Shown: positions 14,860 through 29,329, numbered from the stretch's first letter. The stretch: DNA of 64,000 nt from the human T2T-CHM13v2.0 reference genome, Homo sapiens (GCF_009914755.1 NC_060926.1), one strand, 5' to 3'. The notes: generated by a model from the sequence alone, not told the origin. Program-made: numbers and translations.

Positions 14860-17800
14860 ATGACAGGATCAAATTCACACATAACAGTATTAACCTTTAA
14901 TGTAAATGGGTTAAATGCCCCAATTAGACACAGGTTGGCAAATCGGACAAAGTGTCAAGACCCATTAGTGTGCTGTATTCAGGAGACCCATCTCACACGC
15001 AAAGACACACATAGGCTCAGAATAAAGGGATGGAGGAATATTTACCAAGCAAATGGAAAGCAATAAAAAGCAGGGGTTGCAATCCTAGTCTCTGGTAAAA
15101 GAGGGTTTAAACCAATAAAGATCAAAAAAGACAAAGAAGGGCTTTACATAATGGTAAAGGGATCAATGCAACAAGAAGAGCTAACTATCCTAAATATATA
15201 TGCACCCAATAGGGGAGCACCCAGATTCATAAAGCAAGTTCTTAGAGACCCACAAAGAGACTTAAACTGCCACACAATAATAGTGAGAGACTTTCACACC
15301 CAAATGTCAATATTAGGTCAACAGGACAGAAAATTAACAAGGATATTCAGGACGTGAACTCAGCTCTGGACCAAGCAGACCTAATAGACATTTACAGAAC
15401 TCTCCACCCCAAATCAACAGAATATACATTCTTCTCAGCACCACATCACACTTATTCTAAAATTGACCACATAATTGAAAGTAAAGCACTCCTCAGCAAA
15501 TGCAAAAGAACAGAAATCTTAACAAACAAGTCTCTCAGACCACAGTGCAATCAAATGAGAACTCAGGATTACAAAACTCACTCAAAACCACACAAATACA
15601 TGGAAACTAAACAACCTGCTCCTGAATAACTACTGGGTTAATAACAAAATTAACACAGAAATAAATAAGTTCTTTGAAACCAATGAGAACAAAGACACAA
15701 CATACCAGAATCTCTGAGACACAGCCAAAGCAGTCTTAGAGGGACATTTATAGCACCAAATGCCCACAGGAGAAAGCAGGAAAGATCTAAAACCGACACC
15801 CTAACATCACAATTAAAAGGAGTAGAGAAGCAAGAGCAAACACATTCAAAAGCTAGCAGAAGACAAGAAATAAACAAGATCAGAGCAGAACTGAAGGAGA
15901 TGAACCCTTCAAAAATTCAAGGAATTGAGGAGCTGATTTTTTGAAAAGATTAACAAAATACATAGACCACTAGCCAGACCAATAAAAAAGAAAAAGGAGA
16001 AGAATCAAATAGACACAATAAAAAATGATAAAGGGGCTATCACCACTGATCCCACCAAAATACAAACTGCTATCAGATAGTACTATAAACCCCTCTATGC
16101 AAATAAACTAGAAAATATAGAGGAAATGGATAAATTCCTAGACACATGCACCCTCCCATGACTAAGCTAGGAAGAAGTCGAATCACTGAATAGACCAATA
16201 AAAAGTTCTGAAGTTGAGACAGTAATTAACACTCTACCAAAAAAAAAACCCCAGACCAGATGGATGCCCAGGTGAATTCTACCAGAAGTACAAAGAGGAG
16301 CTGGTACCATTCCTTCTGAAACTATTCCAAACAAAAGAAAAAGAGGGACTCCTCCCTAACTCATTTTATGAGGCCAGCATCATCCTGATACCAAAAGCTA
16401 GCAGAGACACAACAGAAATACTAAATCTCAGGCCAATATCCTTGATGAATATCGATGTAAAAATCCTCAATAAAATGCTGGCAGACAGAATCCAGCAGTA
16501 CATCAGAAAGCTCATCCACCGTGATCGAGTCGACTTCATACCTGGGATGCAAGCCTGGTTCAACACATGCAGATCAATAAATGCAATCCATGACATAAAT
16601 AGAACAAATGACAAAAACCACATGATTATCTCAATAGATGCAAAAAAGGCCTTCGATAAAATCCAACACCCCTTCATGCTAAAAACTATCAATAAACTAT
16701 TGATAGTTTATTGATGGAACTAGGTATTGATGGAACGTATCTCAAAATAATGAAAGCTATTTATGACAAACCCACAGCCAATATCATACTGAATGACCAA
16801 AAGCCGGAAGCATTCCCTCTGAAAACCAGCACAAGACAAGGATGCCCTCTGTCACCATTCCTATTCAACATAGTGTTGGAAGTTCTGGCCAGGGCAGTCA
16901 GGCAAGAGAAAGAAATAAAGGGTATTCAGATAAGAAAAGACAAAGTCAACTTGTCCCTGTTTGCAGATGCCATGATTGTATATTTAGAAAACCCCATTGT
17001 CTCAGCCCAAAATCTCCTTAGGCTGATGAGCAACTTCAGCAAAGTCTCAGGATACAAAATCAATGTGCAAAAATCACAAGCATTCCTATACACCAATAAT
17101 AAACAAGCGGAGAGCCAAATCATGAGTGAACTCCCATTTACAATTGCTACAAAGAGAATAAAATACCTAGGAATACAACTTACAAGGGATGTGAAGGGCC
17201 TCTTCAAGGAGAACTACAGACCACTGCTGAAGAAAATAAGAGAGGACACAAACAAATGGAAAACATTCCATGCTCATGGATAGGAAGAATCAGTATTGTG
17301 AAAATGGGCCATAGTATGCAAAGTAATTTATAGATTCAATGTTATCCCCATTAAGCTACCATTGACTTTCCTCACAGAATTAGAAAAAACTACTTTAAAT
17401 TTAATATGGAACCAAAGAAGAGCCCATATAGCCAAGACAATTCTAAGCAAAAAGAACAAAGCTGGAGGCTTCACACTACCTGACTTCAAATTATACTACA
17501 AGGCTACAGTAATGAAAACAGCATGGTACTGGTATCAAAACAGATATATAGACCAATGGAACAGAACAGAGGCCTCAGAAATAACACCACACATCTACAA
17601 CCATCTGATCTTTGACAAACCTGACAAAAACAAGCAATGGGGAAAGATTCCCTATTTAATAAATGGCGTTGGGAAAACCAGCTAGCCATATGCAGAAAAC
17701 AGAAACTGGACCCCTTCCTTACACCTTATACAAAAATGAACTCAAGATGGATTAAAGACTTAAACGTAAGACCCAAAACCATAAAAACCCTAGAAGAAAA

Positions 17801-18690
17801 CCTAGGCAATACCATTCAGGACATAGACATGGGAAAAGCCTTCATGACCAAAACACCAAAAGCAATGGCAACAAAAGCCAAAATTGACAAACAGGATCTA
17901 ATTAAACTAAAGAGCTTCTGCACAGCAAAAGAAACTGTCATCAGAGTGAACAGGCAACCTACAGAATGGGAGAAAATTTTTGCAATCTATCTATCTGACA
18001 AAGGGCTAATATCCAGAATGTACAAGGAACTTAAGTAAATTTACAAGAAAAAAACAAACAACCCCATCAAAAAATGGGAGAAGTATATGAACAGATATTT
18101 CTCAAAAGAAGACATTTATGCAGCCAACAAACATATGAACAAAAGCTCTTTATCACTGGTCATTAGAGAAATGCAAATTAAAACCACAATGAGATAGCAT
18201 TTCACACCAGTTAGAATGGCAATTATTAAAAAGTCAGGAAACAACAGATTCTGAAGGGGATGGGGAGAAATAGTACACTTTTACACTATTGGTGGGAGTG
18301 TAAATTAATTCAATTATTGTGGAAGACAGTGTGGCGATTCCTCAAGGATCTAAACCAGAAATACCACTTGACCCAGCAATCCCATTACTGGTTATATACT
18401 CAAAGGATTATAAATCATTCTACTATAAAGACACATGCTCATGTACGTTTATTGCAGCATTATTCACAATGGCAAAGACTTGGAACCACCCCAAATGCTC
18501 GTCAGTGATAGACTGGATTAAGAAAATGTGGCACATATACACCGTGGGATACTATGCAGCCATTAAAAAGTATGAGTTCATGTCCTCTGCAGGGTCATGG
18601 ATGAAGCTGGAAGCCATCATTCTCAGCAAACTAACACAGAAACAGAAAACCAAACACCGCATGTTCTCACTCATAAGTGGGAACCGTACA
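14860..18690 (+). pseudogene. Disrupted L1 ORF2 (endonuclease/reverse transcriptase)
   Basis: MTGSNSHIT start; RQGCPLSP and SLFADAM (FADD motif mutated); many frameshifts. Confidence 0.92.
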
Positions 18691-18999
18691 ATGAGAACAT
18701 ATGGGCACAGGGAGGGGAACATCACACACTGGGGCCTGTCAGGGGTTAGGGGGTATGGAAGGGATAGCATTAGGAGAAATACCTAATGTAGATGATGGGT
18801 TGATGGGTGCAGCAAACCACCATGGCATGTGTATACCTATGTAACAATCCTGCACATTCTGCACATGTATCCCAACTTAAAGTATTAAAAAAAATAAAAA
18901 CTTTTTTAAAATAAATAAAAACAAAAAATATTTAAAAAGAGCATCAAAATGTGTTTCACAATAGTTACCTTCTGCTCTTACTAATTCTTGGTAAAGGGA

Positions 19000-20068
19000 C
19001 TCCAACTGAAGCAGTACTAAGGCGGTCTTGTGTTAACGTAGTCCCAGCAGCCAAATGTGGGGCAATTTGAGCATTAAGATAAATAATGATAATAATGAAT
19101 TATAACACACTATATAAAATGAGAATCTTATCAATCCAGACCAATATAAATGAATACATAAATGAAGGAGAACAGAAAATTCTTTCTTACATCAGAATGC
19201 CAACTAATAGAAGGGATAATAGAGTTAGAAAATGATTTTATAACTCTATTATCCCTTCTATTAGATGCTAAAATTAGCGAGTAAAATTTTATATTAGTTT
19301 CAAAATATTCAAAATTTAATTATAAAGGAAACCTACTAATTTGACAGTGGAGAAACCAATGGATATCACATTAACAAAGTGATCATAGTTACCACCACCA
19401 ATATTGTAATAAACTTTCATTTCCTGTGTCTCCTGATATGATGCATGGAGAAGGACACAGCATCGCCTCTGTAATATTCCCACTAAAATGCGTGACCTCA
19501 ATTGAATTATGAGGAAACATCAGACAAATTCAACATGTGGTAAAAATTTTTAACAAAATGACCGGCCTACATTCTTCAAAAGTGCCAAAGTCATGAAAAA
19601 GAAAGACTAAGTAGTGGTTCCATTTTTCAAAAAACTTAAAAAAAAAAAAAGTAGGAAACTGAAGACACTTAACAACTAAATGTCATGTGATAATTGATTG
19701 GTTCTTGGCCTAGGGTTTTTTTCCAATCTATAAAATCCCACAAAGGGCATTGTTGGGACAATTACAAAAATTGAATAGCGTATGTAGATTAGATACATTA
19801 CTTTTTTAATTTGATAAGTTGTATTGTAATTATGCAAGAGAATATCCCTGTTCTAAGGAAATGAAGTATTTAGGGGTAAATTGGAACATTGCTCCAGTTT
19901 ACTCTCAAAGATTCCAGAAGTACAAATTAAGCAGATAGATGCTAAGATGACAAATTAAATAGAGAAAAATGAAAATCATTGAGGAATCTGGATAAAGAGT
20001 TACAAGAGTCCCTCAGCCTATTCTTGCAGCTTTTCTGTGTGTTTGAATATATACTGAAATAAAAAGTT
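19000..20068 (+). mobile_element. L1MC4/5-like LINE-1 3' region
   Basis: gggcaatttgagcat.aa.ataaataatgata...gaggaaacatcagacaaa...ends aaataaaaagtt. Confidence 0.7.
19204..19264. repeat. Near-perfect 61-bp palindrome
   Basis: ctaatagaagggataatagagtta (19204-19227) is the exact reverse complement of 19241-19264; spacer gaaaatgatttta is itself self-complementary apart from one mismatch. Confidence 0.95.
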
Positions 20069-20895
20069 GTAATACTTTTTCTTTTTGTTGTAATACTTTT
20101 TGTTGTGATTGTTTTTATTTCAATAGCTTTTGGTATACTCCTGTGTTCAAATCAATAAAATTATGAAGCAAAATTACAGTGACTAATCTGCCTCCCTCAA
20201 GAAAAGATAGTTTATGTTATATTTGTGAGCCATGTTAAATTCTTTATGTTAAATGTACCATTTGAATTCAGGATATTAATATTTTAAGTGAATGCACTTA
20301 GGGGATGTATAATAGATAGCTATTTCAAAACACATAAAACTACTACATCCAGTCTCTTCCAATCCCCACCCCACCTACCATACATTTACTCATTCTTTAT
20401 TCCCCACTTTACCTGGCTAATTGAAGTGTAACAAAAGCTTCATCCAGGAACATTTTTCTTCCTCTATATTTTATACTAAATTATTATCATCACTTTATAA
20501 AGGTGATAGATTACATATTAAATTGAGAAACATGTTTTGTTAAAAAAGACTTTGTGCAAGAAATTGTCTAGTTGTTGATACTTGCTTTGTATCATAAATT
20601 ACCATAATGTTTGTATTTTTAAAATGGGACAATTATCAAAATATCCTCAATTTTAAATATTTTGCCTGCATCATGGTTTTTAAAAACTTGGCACAATATA
20701 TTTACATTATATTTTCTTACTTTAATATAAATTCTGCCTTCATTGTACTGATGAGCTATCTGGTCTGTATTCCCAGAAATGTAGTATTACACCTTTCTAT
20801 TCAGAAGTTAAATATTACTGTTTGGTGATTTTTTGACAATGAGAGTTAGTAAATTCAAAGTAAAATACAGATGACAAAAATTGCACGATAGCCTA

Positions 20896-21203
20896 TTTAT
20901 TTATTTATTTATTTATTATTTACTTATTTTGAGATGGAGTCTCACTCAGGCTGGAGTGCAGTGATGTGATCTTGGCTCACTGCAACCTCTGCCCACTGGG
21001 CTCAAGTGATCCTGCTGCCTCAGCCTCCCAAGTAGCTGGGACCATGGATGTGCACCACTACACTTGGCTAATATATGTATTTTTAGTAGAGACAGGGTTT
21101 CACTGTGTTGCCCAGGCTGGTCTCGAACTCCTGAGCCCAAGAGATCAGCCTGCCTCAGCCTCCCAGATTACTGGGATTACAGGCATGAGTCTCCATGCTG
21201 GCT
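20896..21203 (-). mobile_element. AluJ (Jb-like) SINE with (ttta)n tail
   Basis: Reverse Alu; TSD gatagccta at 20887-20895 and 21204-21212. Confidence 0.92.
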
Positions 21204-24200
21204 GATAGCCTAATTTTTTTAAAGATATTTACCATTTAATAGGAAATTAGGAGAAAAAGACTGTTACAGATTCAGATAGTACCTGCTTTAATTTTTTTAA
21301 TCTAAGAGTCCAAACCAAAGCAAGAATATAGATGAGGGATAACTAGGAACCAAGTATTTGCAAATATATGAGTATATTTGAAGCAGGATTTTAATATAGT
21401 TTGGTGTTTCTGTTTAAGAAGGAATATTGTTATTCTCAACATTATAAGCGTTAAGAAAGAAAGGATTGTCTTCTCATGGAACATTTAGTAGCTTTCTAAG
21501 GAAAGATATATGTATAAGCATTTCAAAAAATTATTTCTATTTTCTGCTGTTCCTTAGTTTTTTTAAATTCCATCAAGAATTTTAAAGTCTACATTTAAAA
21601 TGTACTGAATAAAACATGTTAATACTCTTGCCCTTTTAATGACCATATAATTTCTATGAGAAAATGGTCATGTGTCATCATGTAAATGATTTTATAGAAT
21701 TAAATCTTGGAGCTCTTATTTACAACAGAAAGAATCCCACATCAATGTTGACCTACTTTTTTCCCCCTCAATTAGATATTTTTTAGCAAGAGAATAACTG
21801 TCTCACACCAGGATATGAAGCCAGAATTCTTATTGTAACATATTAAAAAAAGAGAAACTCTTTCTTGCTGTGTTTCTGTAATCTGAATATAAAGTTACAC
21901 TGTATCAACAACCAACAGATGGAGAAAAAGAACACTCTAGGAAACTAGGCTATAAATATTACGTTAATTCCAGAACTTCCAAGATTTTCTAGATTTTGCT
22001 AAAGCATCCCTAAAGTGTGTGATCTTTTAGTAAGAAATTAATAACTTAGAGTGGAAAAGAAGGGCACAGAATTTCAAGTCAAGGCCTGTTTATTACATCA
22101 GGCAGTTTTCATCATTTTCTTATACTTAACGTGAGAGCCATTTTTGGTTCTGAATTCCTAACTTGTAGGATTTCAAAGTAGTAGCTCCATCAGGAATTAA
22201 AAAATGACTTTTTCCCTCCATCAGTGTTGTGATTCTCTTATTATACATGTAGTGAACTTCCTATAAAAACATCAACATATTAAAGTCACCCTTGATATTG
22301 GTGATTGAATACACTATTGAAAAACCTGCTTTGGCTTATATTCATTTAGCTTATATCATATACATATGTACCAAATACTGTGGTTGAGCTAAAGCTGTAG
22401 ACATAGAAGATACAGTCCCCATTCTCAACTTGTTTAAAACAAGCAAACTGGACCATGATAAGCTAATATAATAAATATGACAAAAGTAAGTAAAACACTC
22501 TATGGAACTATGTAGTAAGAGCTGCTAGCCCATATGGGGTAGTTATGAAAGTCAGTGATTTTGATTACCCAAGTTACAAACAGAAAAATATAAATGAATT
22601 TTGGATCCAAATCACGTTATCTAAAGATAAACAGCAGTTTTAATAACATTACCAATACACTGAATGACTAGGATATGCTAAGTGTTAACAACAAATACAA
22701 TCTTATCATCTACATTAGAGATCTAAAATAATAATAATGAAGATTTTTTCCTAAGAAAATATTTGTCTTATTTCTTCTGATTGTTGGGCTCTTTATTGTT
22801 AATTGGTATACAACAATTCAAGCCACACAATCGACCTTTTCAGAGTGACACAGCGAAAAGAATATGTGTTTATTAATGAAAATCCATGCTTTACTACTAG
22901 AAACACAAGTCAAATTCGTGGCCTACTAATGATAGATCATGAGGTTCATCCTTATGTAAAGGACAGTAACCTCATGGTTACACTGTGAGCCCTCACTGGT
23001 GGGAAAAGCATTATGATATGTTGTTTGAGAAAGATAGTAGTGGTGAATTTGGAGAAATGGCCTTGGACAAAGAGGGAGATTGCCAAATATAAGAAAAAGT
23101 GTGAATACAGAATTGAGATGAAAGACAAGAGCTTGAGAAAGGTTAGCAAAGAGAATGCGAGTGTAAGTGAAGTAAGTGGAAGAGAGTATAGTGGGCTCAA
23201 GAAACTCGAAGTGTTTGATAGCTAAATATCATGAAAAAAAGACTTAGTGGAAAGTAACTTCTACTTGAACCTGGAATGTTGGGCAGTCATTGTTACTCTC
23301 TATAATTTTTCCTCTGATTTTCCACCGACTCTGCTAGCAAGGCAACTGAGTAATAGTAATTTAGCCTTTGAGCAATTATTCTAATTAGCTCTCTGTAGTA
23401 TAATAAAGACCTACATCTTTTCTTTTGGTTACATGCTATAATAAACACATAGTTTAGCTGTGGATAGTCTTTACCATTTTTTAAAGAATTACGTTTTGAT
23501 ATGGCTACAATATTGAATTTTAACTTCGGTGAATAAACAGATTTTAATGAAAAATTGAAAGTCAGTTCTCTTTTACCACAGGAAAGCAAGAAGGCCTGTT
23601 TTTGAATAGGTTTCAATATTCAAAGCTTTCAGAGAACAGAGGGAAGGGATATCTTTGATAAGATTTTATTTATTTAAATTTTATTTCCACTCATGATTTT
23701 GGTAGATTTCCATCAATTCTGGATGTAATACTCTTGTTCATTGGTAGCATTGCATTACAGTGAGAAGTGCATATTGAATAACCAGATAATGACCTAACAC
23801 AGTAATGAACCTTGCTGATTTGGATTAATTATAGGGAAAAATACAAACATGTTCTTCTATATTCGTTATTGGAAGGACAAGTTTTACAAATACCATTTTA
23901 GCTTTCACTTATCATATATTATATGCATTATCCATCTGATGATAGATAAACCATAAGGCTTTCTAGAGCTTGCTATTCTAGAGCCTTTAAGATTTTCAAA
24001 ATTTCAAATTAATAGTACATATGTGGCATAAATATTGATGAATTTAATATAAATTTAAAAATAACCTCTCTATATGCAAAGTACCTTTTTTAGAGACTCT
24101 TGAGATGAGTAACATTTATTAGAAGATTGTTAATGAAAGCACAAACCAAATAAGCTACTCTCAGTGATCAGGTGACTACAATTCTTTTAAAAATGTTTGT

Positions 24201-24322
24201 TGATTAGAATTATTCATAATACTTTAATTGACTTTGTGGCTTTCCTCTGTCCTCTGTCCTTATTTAGTGTGTTTCTTTCAGTGATGAATACAGGCTTACC
24301 TTATATCAGTAGTAACATAATA

Positions 24323-24523
24323 CAGGCTGGGCATCCATAACCCAAAAAATCCAAAATGCCCCAAAATCAGAAACTTAGCCCAATATAAGGCTCAAAGGAA
24401 ATGCTCATGGGAGCATTTTGGATTTCAGATTTTCAGATTAGGGCTGCTGAACTGATAAGTATAATGCAAATATTCCAAAATTCTTCTGGTTCCAAGCATT
24501 TCGGATAAGGGGTACTCAACCTA
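24323..24523 (-). mobile_element. Tigger4a/MER46A DNA transposon
   Basis: Terminal inverted repeats caggctgggcatcc...gggtactcaacct flanked by TA; internal ggctcaaaggaaatgctcat. Confidence 0.85.
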
Positions 24524-24650
24524 TATACCAAAATGTTTGATTGGGTTGTAGTGACTTACTAGATGCCAATTTGCCAAACCCAGAATGTTGCTTAGCTTTG
24601 TACTTTGCACACAAAGCCCATTTCCTTATTCCAAACTAAATATGTTTATG

Positions 24651-24653
<3 letters not shown>

Positions 24654-24695
<42 letters not shown>
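24654..24695. repeat. (AC)21 microsatellite
   Basis: Pure AC run. Confidence 0.97.
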
Positions 24696-24697
<2 letters not shown>

Positions 24698-25228
24698 ACA
24701 TGCATATGCCCATGTATTTTCTTACTACAAAGTCAGATGGTGGAACAATTCTGAATGTATATGTAGATAGTTAACTGTCCTCAATTACCATATTGTGTCT
24801 TACATTGTAAAAGACCCTTGAGCAACATTAAACAATATGCGACTTCCTTTTATTTTTCTTGTTACAAGTCTTACTGAGATATCCAGTTGTTGTTTTTTAT
24901 TACTTCCATAAATTATAGTTAGTTAGCAAGTGCTTATTGAATGCTTTCTAAGTGTAATGTAGAATTTAAAGTGATATTAAAGAAAATTAAGGCCTAGCGC
25001 CTGTTGACCTTCCATTTGAAGTTTTTCTCCACAGTAGGTGGGCCTGAAGGTGACCCATATGCTTCTTCACCCTGAGGTTAAGGTGCAAAAGACAAAGTAC
25101 CTCCTCTCAGGATTCTGGGATATTACAGAAGATGATCGCTCAGGCAGACGTGCAAATTGGTACAATAGATACAGAATAATCATAGTACAAATTATACTAT
25201 CCTCTTGAATTGTCATGCCTAGCTTCCT

Positions 25229-25276
25229 TTCTCCCACACATGCGTATGACTATTCTCCCACACATGCGTATGACTA
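25229..25276. repeat. Perfect 24-bp tandem duplication
   Basis: ttctcccacacatgcgtatgacta x2. Confidence 0.95.
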
Positions 25277-26522
25277 TACTTATATTTTAAATTATTTTTT
25301 ACTCCTATGTATGCTTTTTTCTTAATATTAGAAAACAATACTATTTAAAATACTTGATTGCTTATCCAACTTAGTGATATTATTTTGAATTCATTTAAGT
25401 TCTTAGCTAGCATTGCTTAATACCTGGTGTGTATAAATATTATGCTAAATATCGATCCTGAATGCTACAGTCTCAGACTTCTCATATTTTAGCATCTTCT
25501 CCAAAGTATAATACAAGTCATCAATGAAAATACAGTAAGCACCAGATTCAAAACTTTATGGTTTCATAGCATATCTTAGGCCTCCTAACTGCTGAATCTT
25601 CAGTAACTTTATAAAAAATAATTTAGGAAAGAAATTTTTTTACATTTTACACTTTTCTACCAGTCAGTATTCTTTATTGCAAACCACATAATCCTCACTG
25701 ACCAGTATAACAGCAAAAGGAACATGTTAAAGTTATCTCTGACTTTGCTAACAGACATCAGCAAGACAAGAGCTGGCTTTGGAGTTGTCTAATCAGTAAT
25801 GTTGTGCGAGCACATTCCAGGAGCTTGATCCACTGCATGCAGCACTTACTATGCACGAATCTGAACACCACTCTCATCCCCAAGGAACCTGATTAGTCTT
25901 CCAACAAATCAAATCCCTCAGGAAGATTTGCATCCCCAGTTCGTTTGCTTCCAATTTCAAATCATATTCTGTGGATTACATTGCTGGGATATGGGGTACT
26001 TGCCTTGCTGTTAGCAGTCTGGAAATGCTAGTTTTCTGATTTCTGCCTTAAGAAGATTGAAGCCATTTCATAGAAAATTATCAAAATATAAGGAAAGTGT
26101 TCAAAATTTGGGGGCTGTCACAGGTCATAGCTGTCCACCAATACCAATGAACTAGATTAATTTTCATCTTAAATCTTCATTGCATTATTTTAAATTTCTA
26201 AGGATCAGATATTTCTTTGGGAAATTTACCCCTATTTTTGCCTTCAGTAATCATCCAAATTATTTTCTCAGTAAATCACTCCCACCAAATGTTAGCTGCT
26301 CTGACTATCATCGTTCATACTTGAGTGAAAGGGAGAAGCACATCTGGGGTTGTAGTATAGAATTTTTTATCCTTAGCACTATTGACATTTTAAAGTGAAT
26401 AATTCTTTGTTATTGGGGCTTTCCTGTGCATTGTAGGATGTTTAGCAGCATCCCTGGCCTCTGCCTACTAGATGCCAATAGCATACATACACATACTCAG
26501 AATGATAATCAAGATTGTCTTC

Positions 26523-27036
<514 letters not shown>

Positions 27037-27077
27037 AAAATTGTCTTCATACATTGACAGATACTAGATTAGGGTAC

Positions 27078-27887
27078 TGTATTGGTCAGGGTTCTCTAGA
27101 GGGGCAGAACTGATAGGATATATATATCCTATTATATATCTAATATATAATTATATTATATATTATAATTATATATATTTATATAATTATACTATTATAA
27201 TTTATATATATAATTTTATATATAATATTATAATTTATATAATATATATAACATATATTATATATAATTATATATTATAATCATATATATAATTATATAT
27301 TATATATAATTATATTATATACCATATATGGTATATTGAGTATATAAATAGAGAGTTAGCAAGTACTTATTGAATGCTTTCTAAGTGTAATGTAGAATTT
27401 AAAGGATACATTTAGAGAGAGAGGATATATATATATATGGGATATGTATACAGATATATATATATCCTATTTATCCTATTAGTTCTCTCCCTATATATAT
27501 AAAGGGGAGTTTATTAAGTAGTATTAACTCACGCAATCACAAGATCCCACAATAGACCATCTGCAAGCTGAGGAGCAAGGAAGCCAGTCCAAGTCCCAAA
27601 GCTGAAGAACCTGGAGTCGGATGTTCAAAGGCATTCAGCACGGGAAAAGGATGTAGGCTGGGAGGCTAAGCCAGTCTAGCCTTTTCACATTTTTCTACCT
27701 GCTTTATATCCTGGCCATGCTGGCAGCTGATTAGATGGTGTCTACCCAGGTTAAGGGTGGGTCTGCCTTTCCCAGCCCACTGACTCAAATGTTAATCTCC
27801 TTTGGCAACACCCTCATAGACACACCCAGAATGAATACTTTGCATCCTTCAATCCAATCAAGTTGACACTCAGTATTAACCATCACA
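27078..27887 (+). mobile_element. MLT2A1 solo LTR (ERVL) with expanded, rearranged TA-rich tract
   Basis: tgtattggtcagggttctctagagg...aaaggggagtttattaag...caagttgacactcagtattaaccatcaca; 5-bp TSD ggtac/ggtag. Confidence 0.92.
27117..27500. repeat. Degenerate (TA)n/TTATA low-complexity tract with embedded captured sequence
   Basis: Nearly pure A/T at 27131-27320. Confidence 0.9.
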
Positions 27888-29329
27888 GGTAGTAAATTAT
27901 TGCTGGTTGAGAACCAGTAAGGGACTCCTATGTCTTTGCTTCATGGGCAACTAAGCAAACAAATAGATGCCTTGTATAACTATTACACTTTCTCTGCGTT
28001 TCTTACAGTTTGACCACTGATGTGATTATGTCTCTCTCACTGCTTCCTCTAAATTATTTTCATCAAAACGTAATAAATTATATAAATCTAAAGAGGAGGC
28101 TGAAAATTCTCTTTGCTATGGAGGCCTTCAATAATTCACTCTGCTTCCTCCAATACTTCTTGTTTGTCCTCTGCCCCTTATGGACAGACAGTCTAAGTAT
28201 TCTGCATCCCCTTCCTTCTTTGAGGGTATCCTCGACAATAGAAACCTACAAGAAGGTAAAGAAGAGAAGGATAGTAGTTCATACTTTGAATTTGAACTTT
28301 GTACTTCAGAAATTTGGTTAGTTGGGTGAGTACATATTTCTTAAGGTTATCATGGGAGCAAATGAAATAAAAGTATCCATTTTGTCTTTGCATTAATTTT
28401 ACATGAAAAAGTGTTCCCCCTTTATAGAAATTAGCTATTATGTAGCTAAGATTTGGGATTGAGGCTGTAAACCAGTAACCTTCCTGTATTTCCTTTTGTA
28501 ATTCAGAGTATATGCAGGGAACTGTAGATAAGCCATATGAATTGCCTTTTTCTTTTAATGCATTCTACAGTATTCATTAATTTATACATATTTTCACTCC
28601 TTAAAAATGATACTGTATGTGAGTAAAATGGTTTTATATATTAATCCTTAACTATTCCAAGCAAAGATAAAATAGTACAAAAAATCAGTTTAATGACATT
28701 TGGTTTCCTGATAAATTTCAAAGTTGGCCTGAGTCATATTGCTGCTTTTTCACATTAACCTCCAAAATTGCTAACCTGCTTTAAGAGTTTAGGAGCCTGC
28801 CTTTCCAAAATTGAAAAGTAATATTTCATTTCCTTATTTTAAGCATTTCTTTTACTGCCTAATAAGTTATAGCTCTGCAAGTATGAGGGCATGATTAAAT
28901 TTTTTCCTCTCGCTTTTAAGTAGAATAAATAATTCCTTTTTTTGTCAGAGTAGTTTTAGTTTTTATACTATATCATAAATAGCTCATCAGCTGTGTTTGA
29001 GAGAACTTTTTTCTCACTAGAAATACTGTTTTTCTATTATTAAAAAAGATACAAAATGTTTGTCTTCTTATGTCTTAAATCAATTGTAATCAATTTTTTA
29101 AAAATATTCATTTGGCTAGCTTTGTCTTAATGTGTTTATTTAGTACCCATATTCTAATTAAAATTCACTCAGAATTTGGTATAGCTTCAATATAATTTAA
29201 TAATATATGTAGGAAAAATGCATATTTACAAATATGTGATTAGGTAATTACAAATGTATAGTTATTGGCTTTCCATTGACCAGTTTGGAAAGTAACAAAT
29301 GTCTTGTGGCTTGAATCTTTCTATTTGTA

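Noticed and set aside
18885-18936. Irregular L1 tail as a possible 3' transduction
   Set aside because: Almost entirely A/T with short internal repeats; consistent with poly-A decay.
20414-20464. Possible 51-nt minus-strand exon (GRKMFLDEAFVTLQLA, donor CAG|gtaaag)
   Set aside because: The acceptor lacks a polypyrimidine tract and the peptide is not recognisable.
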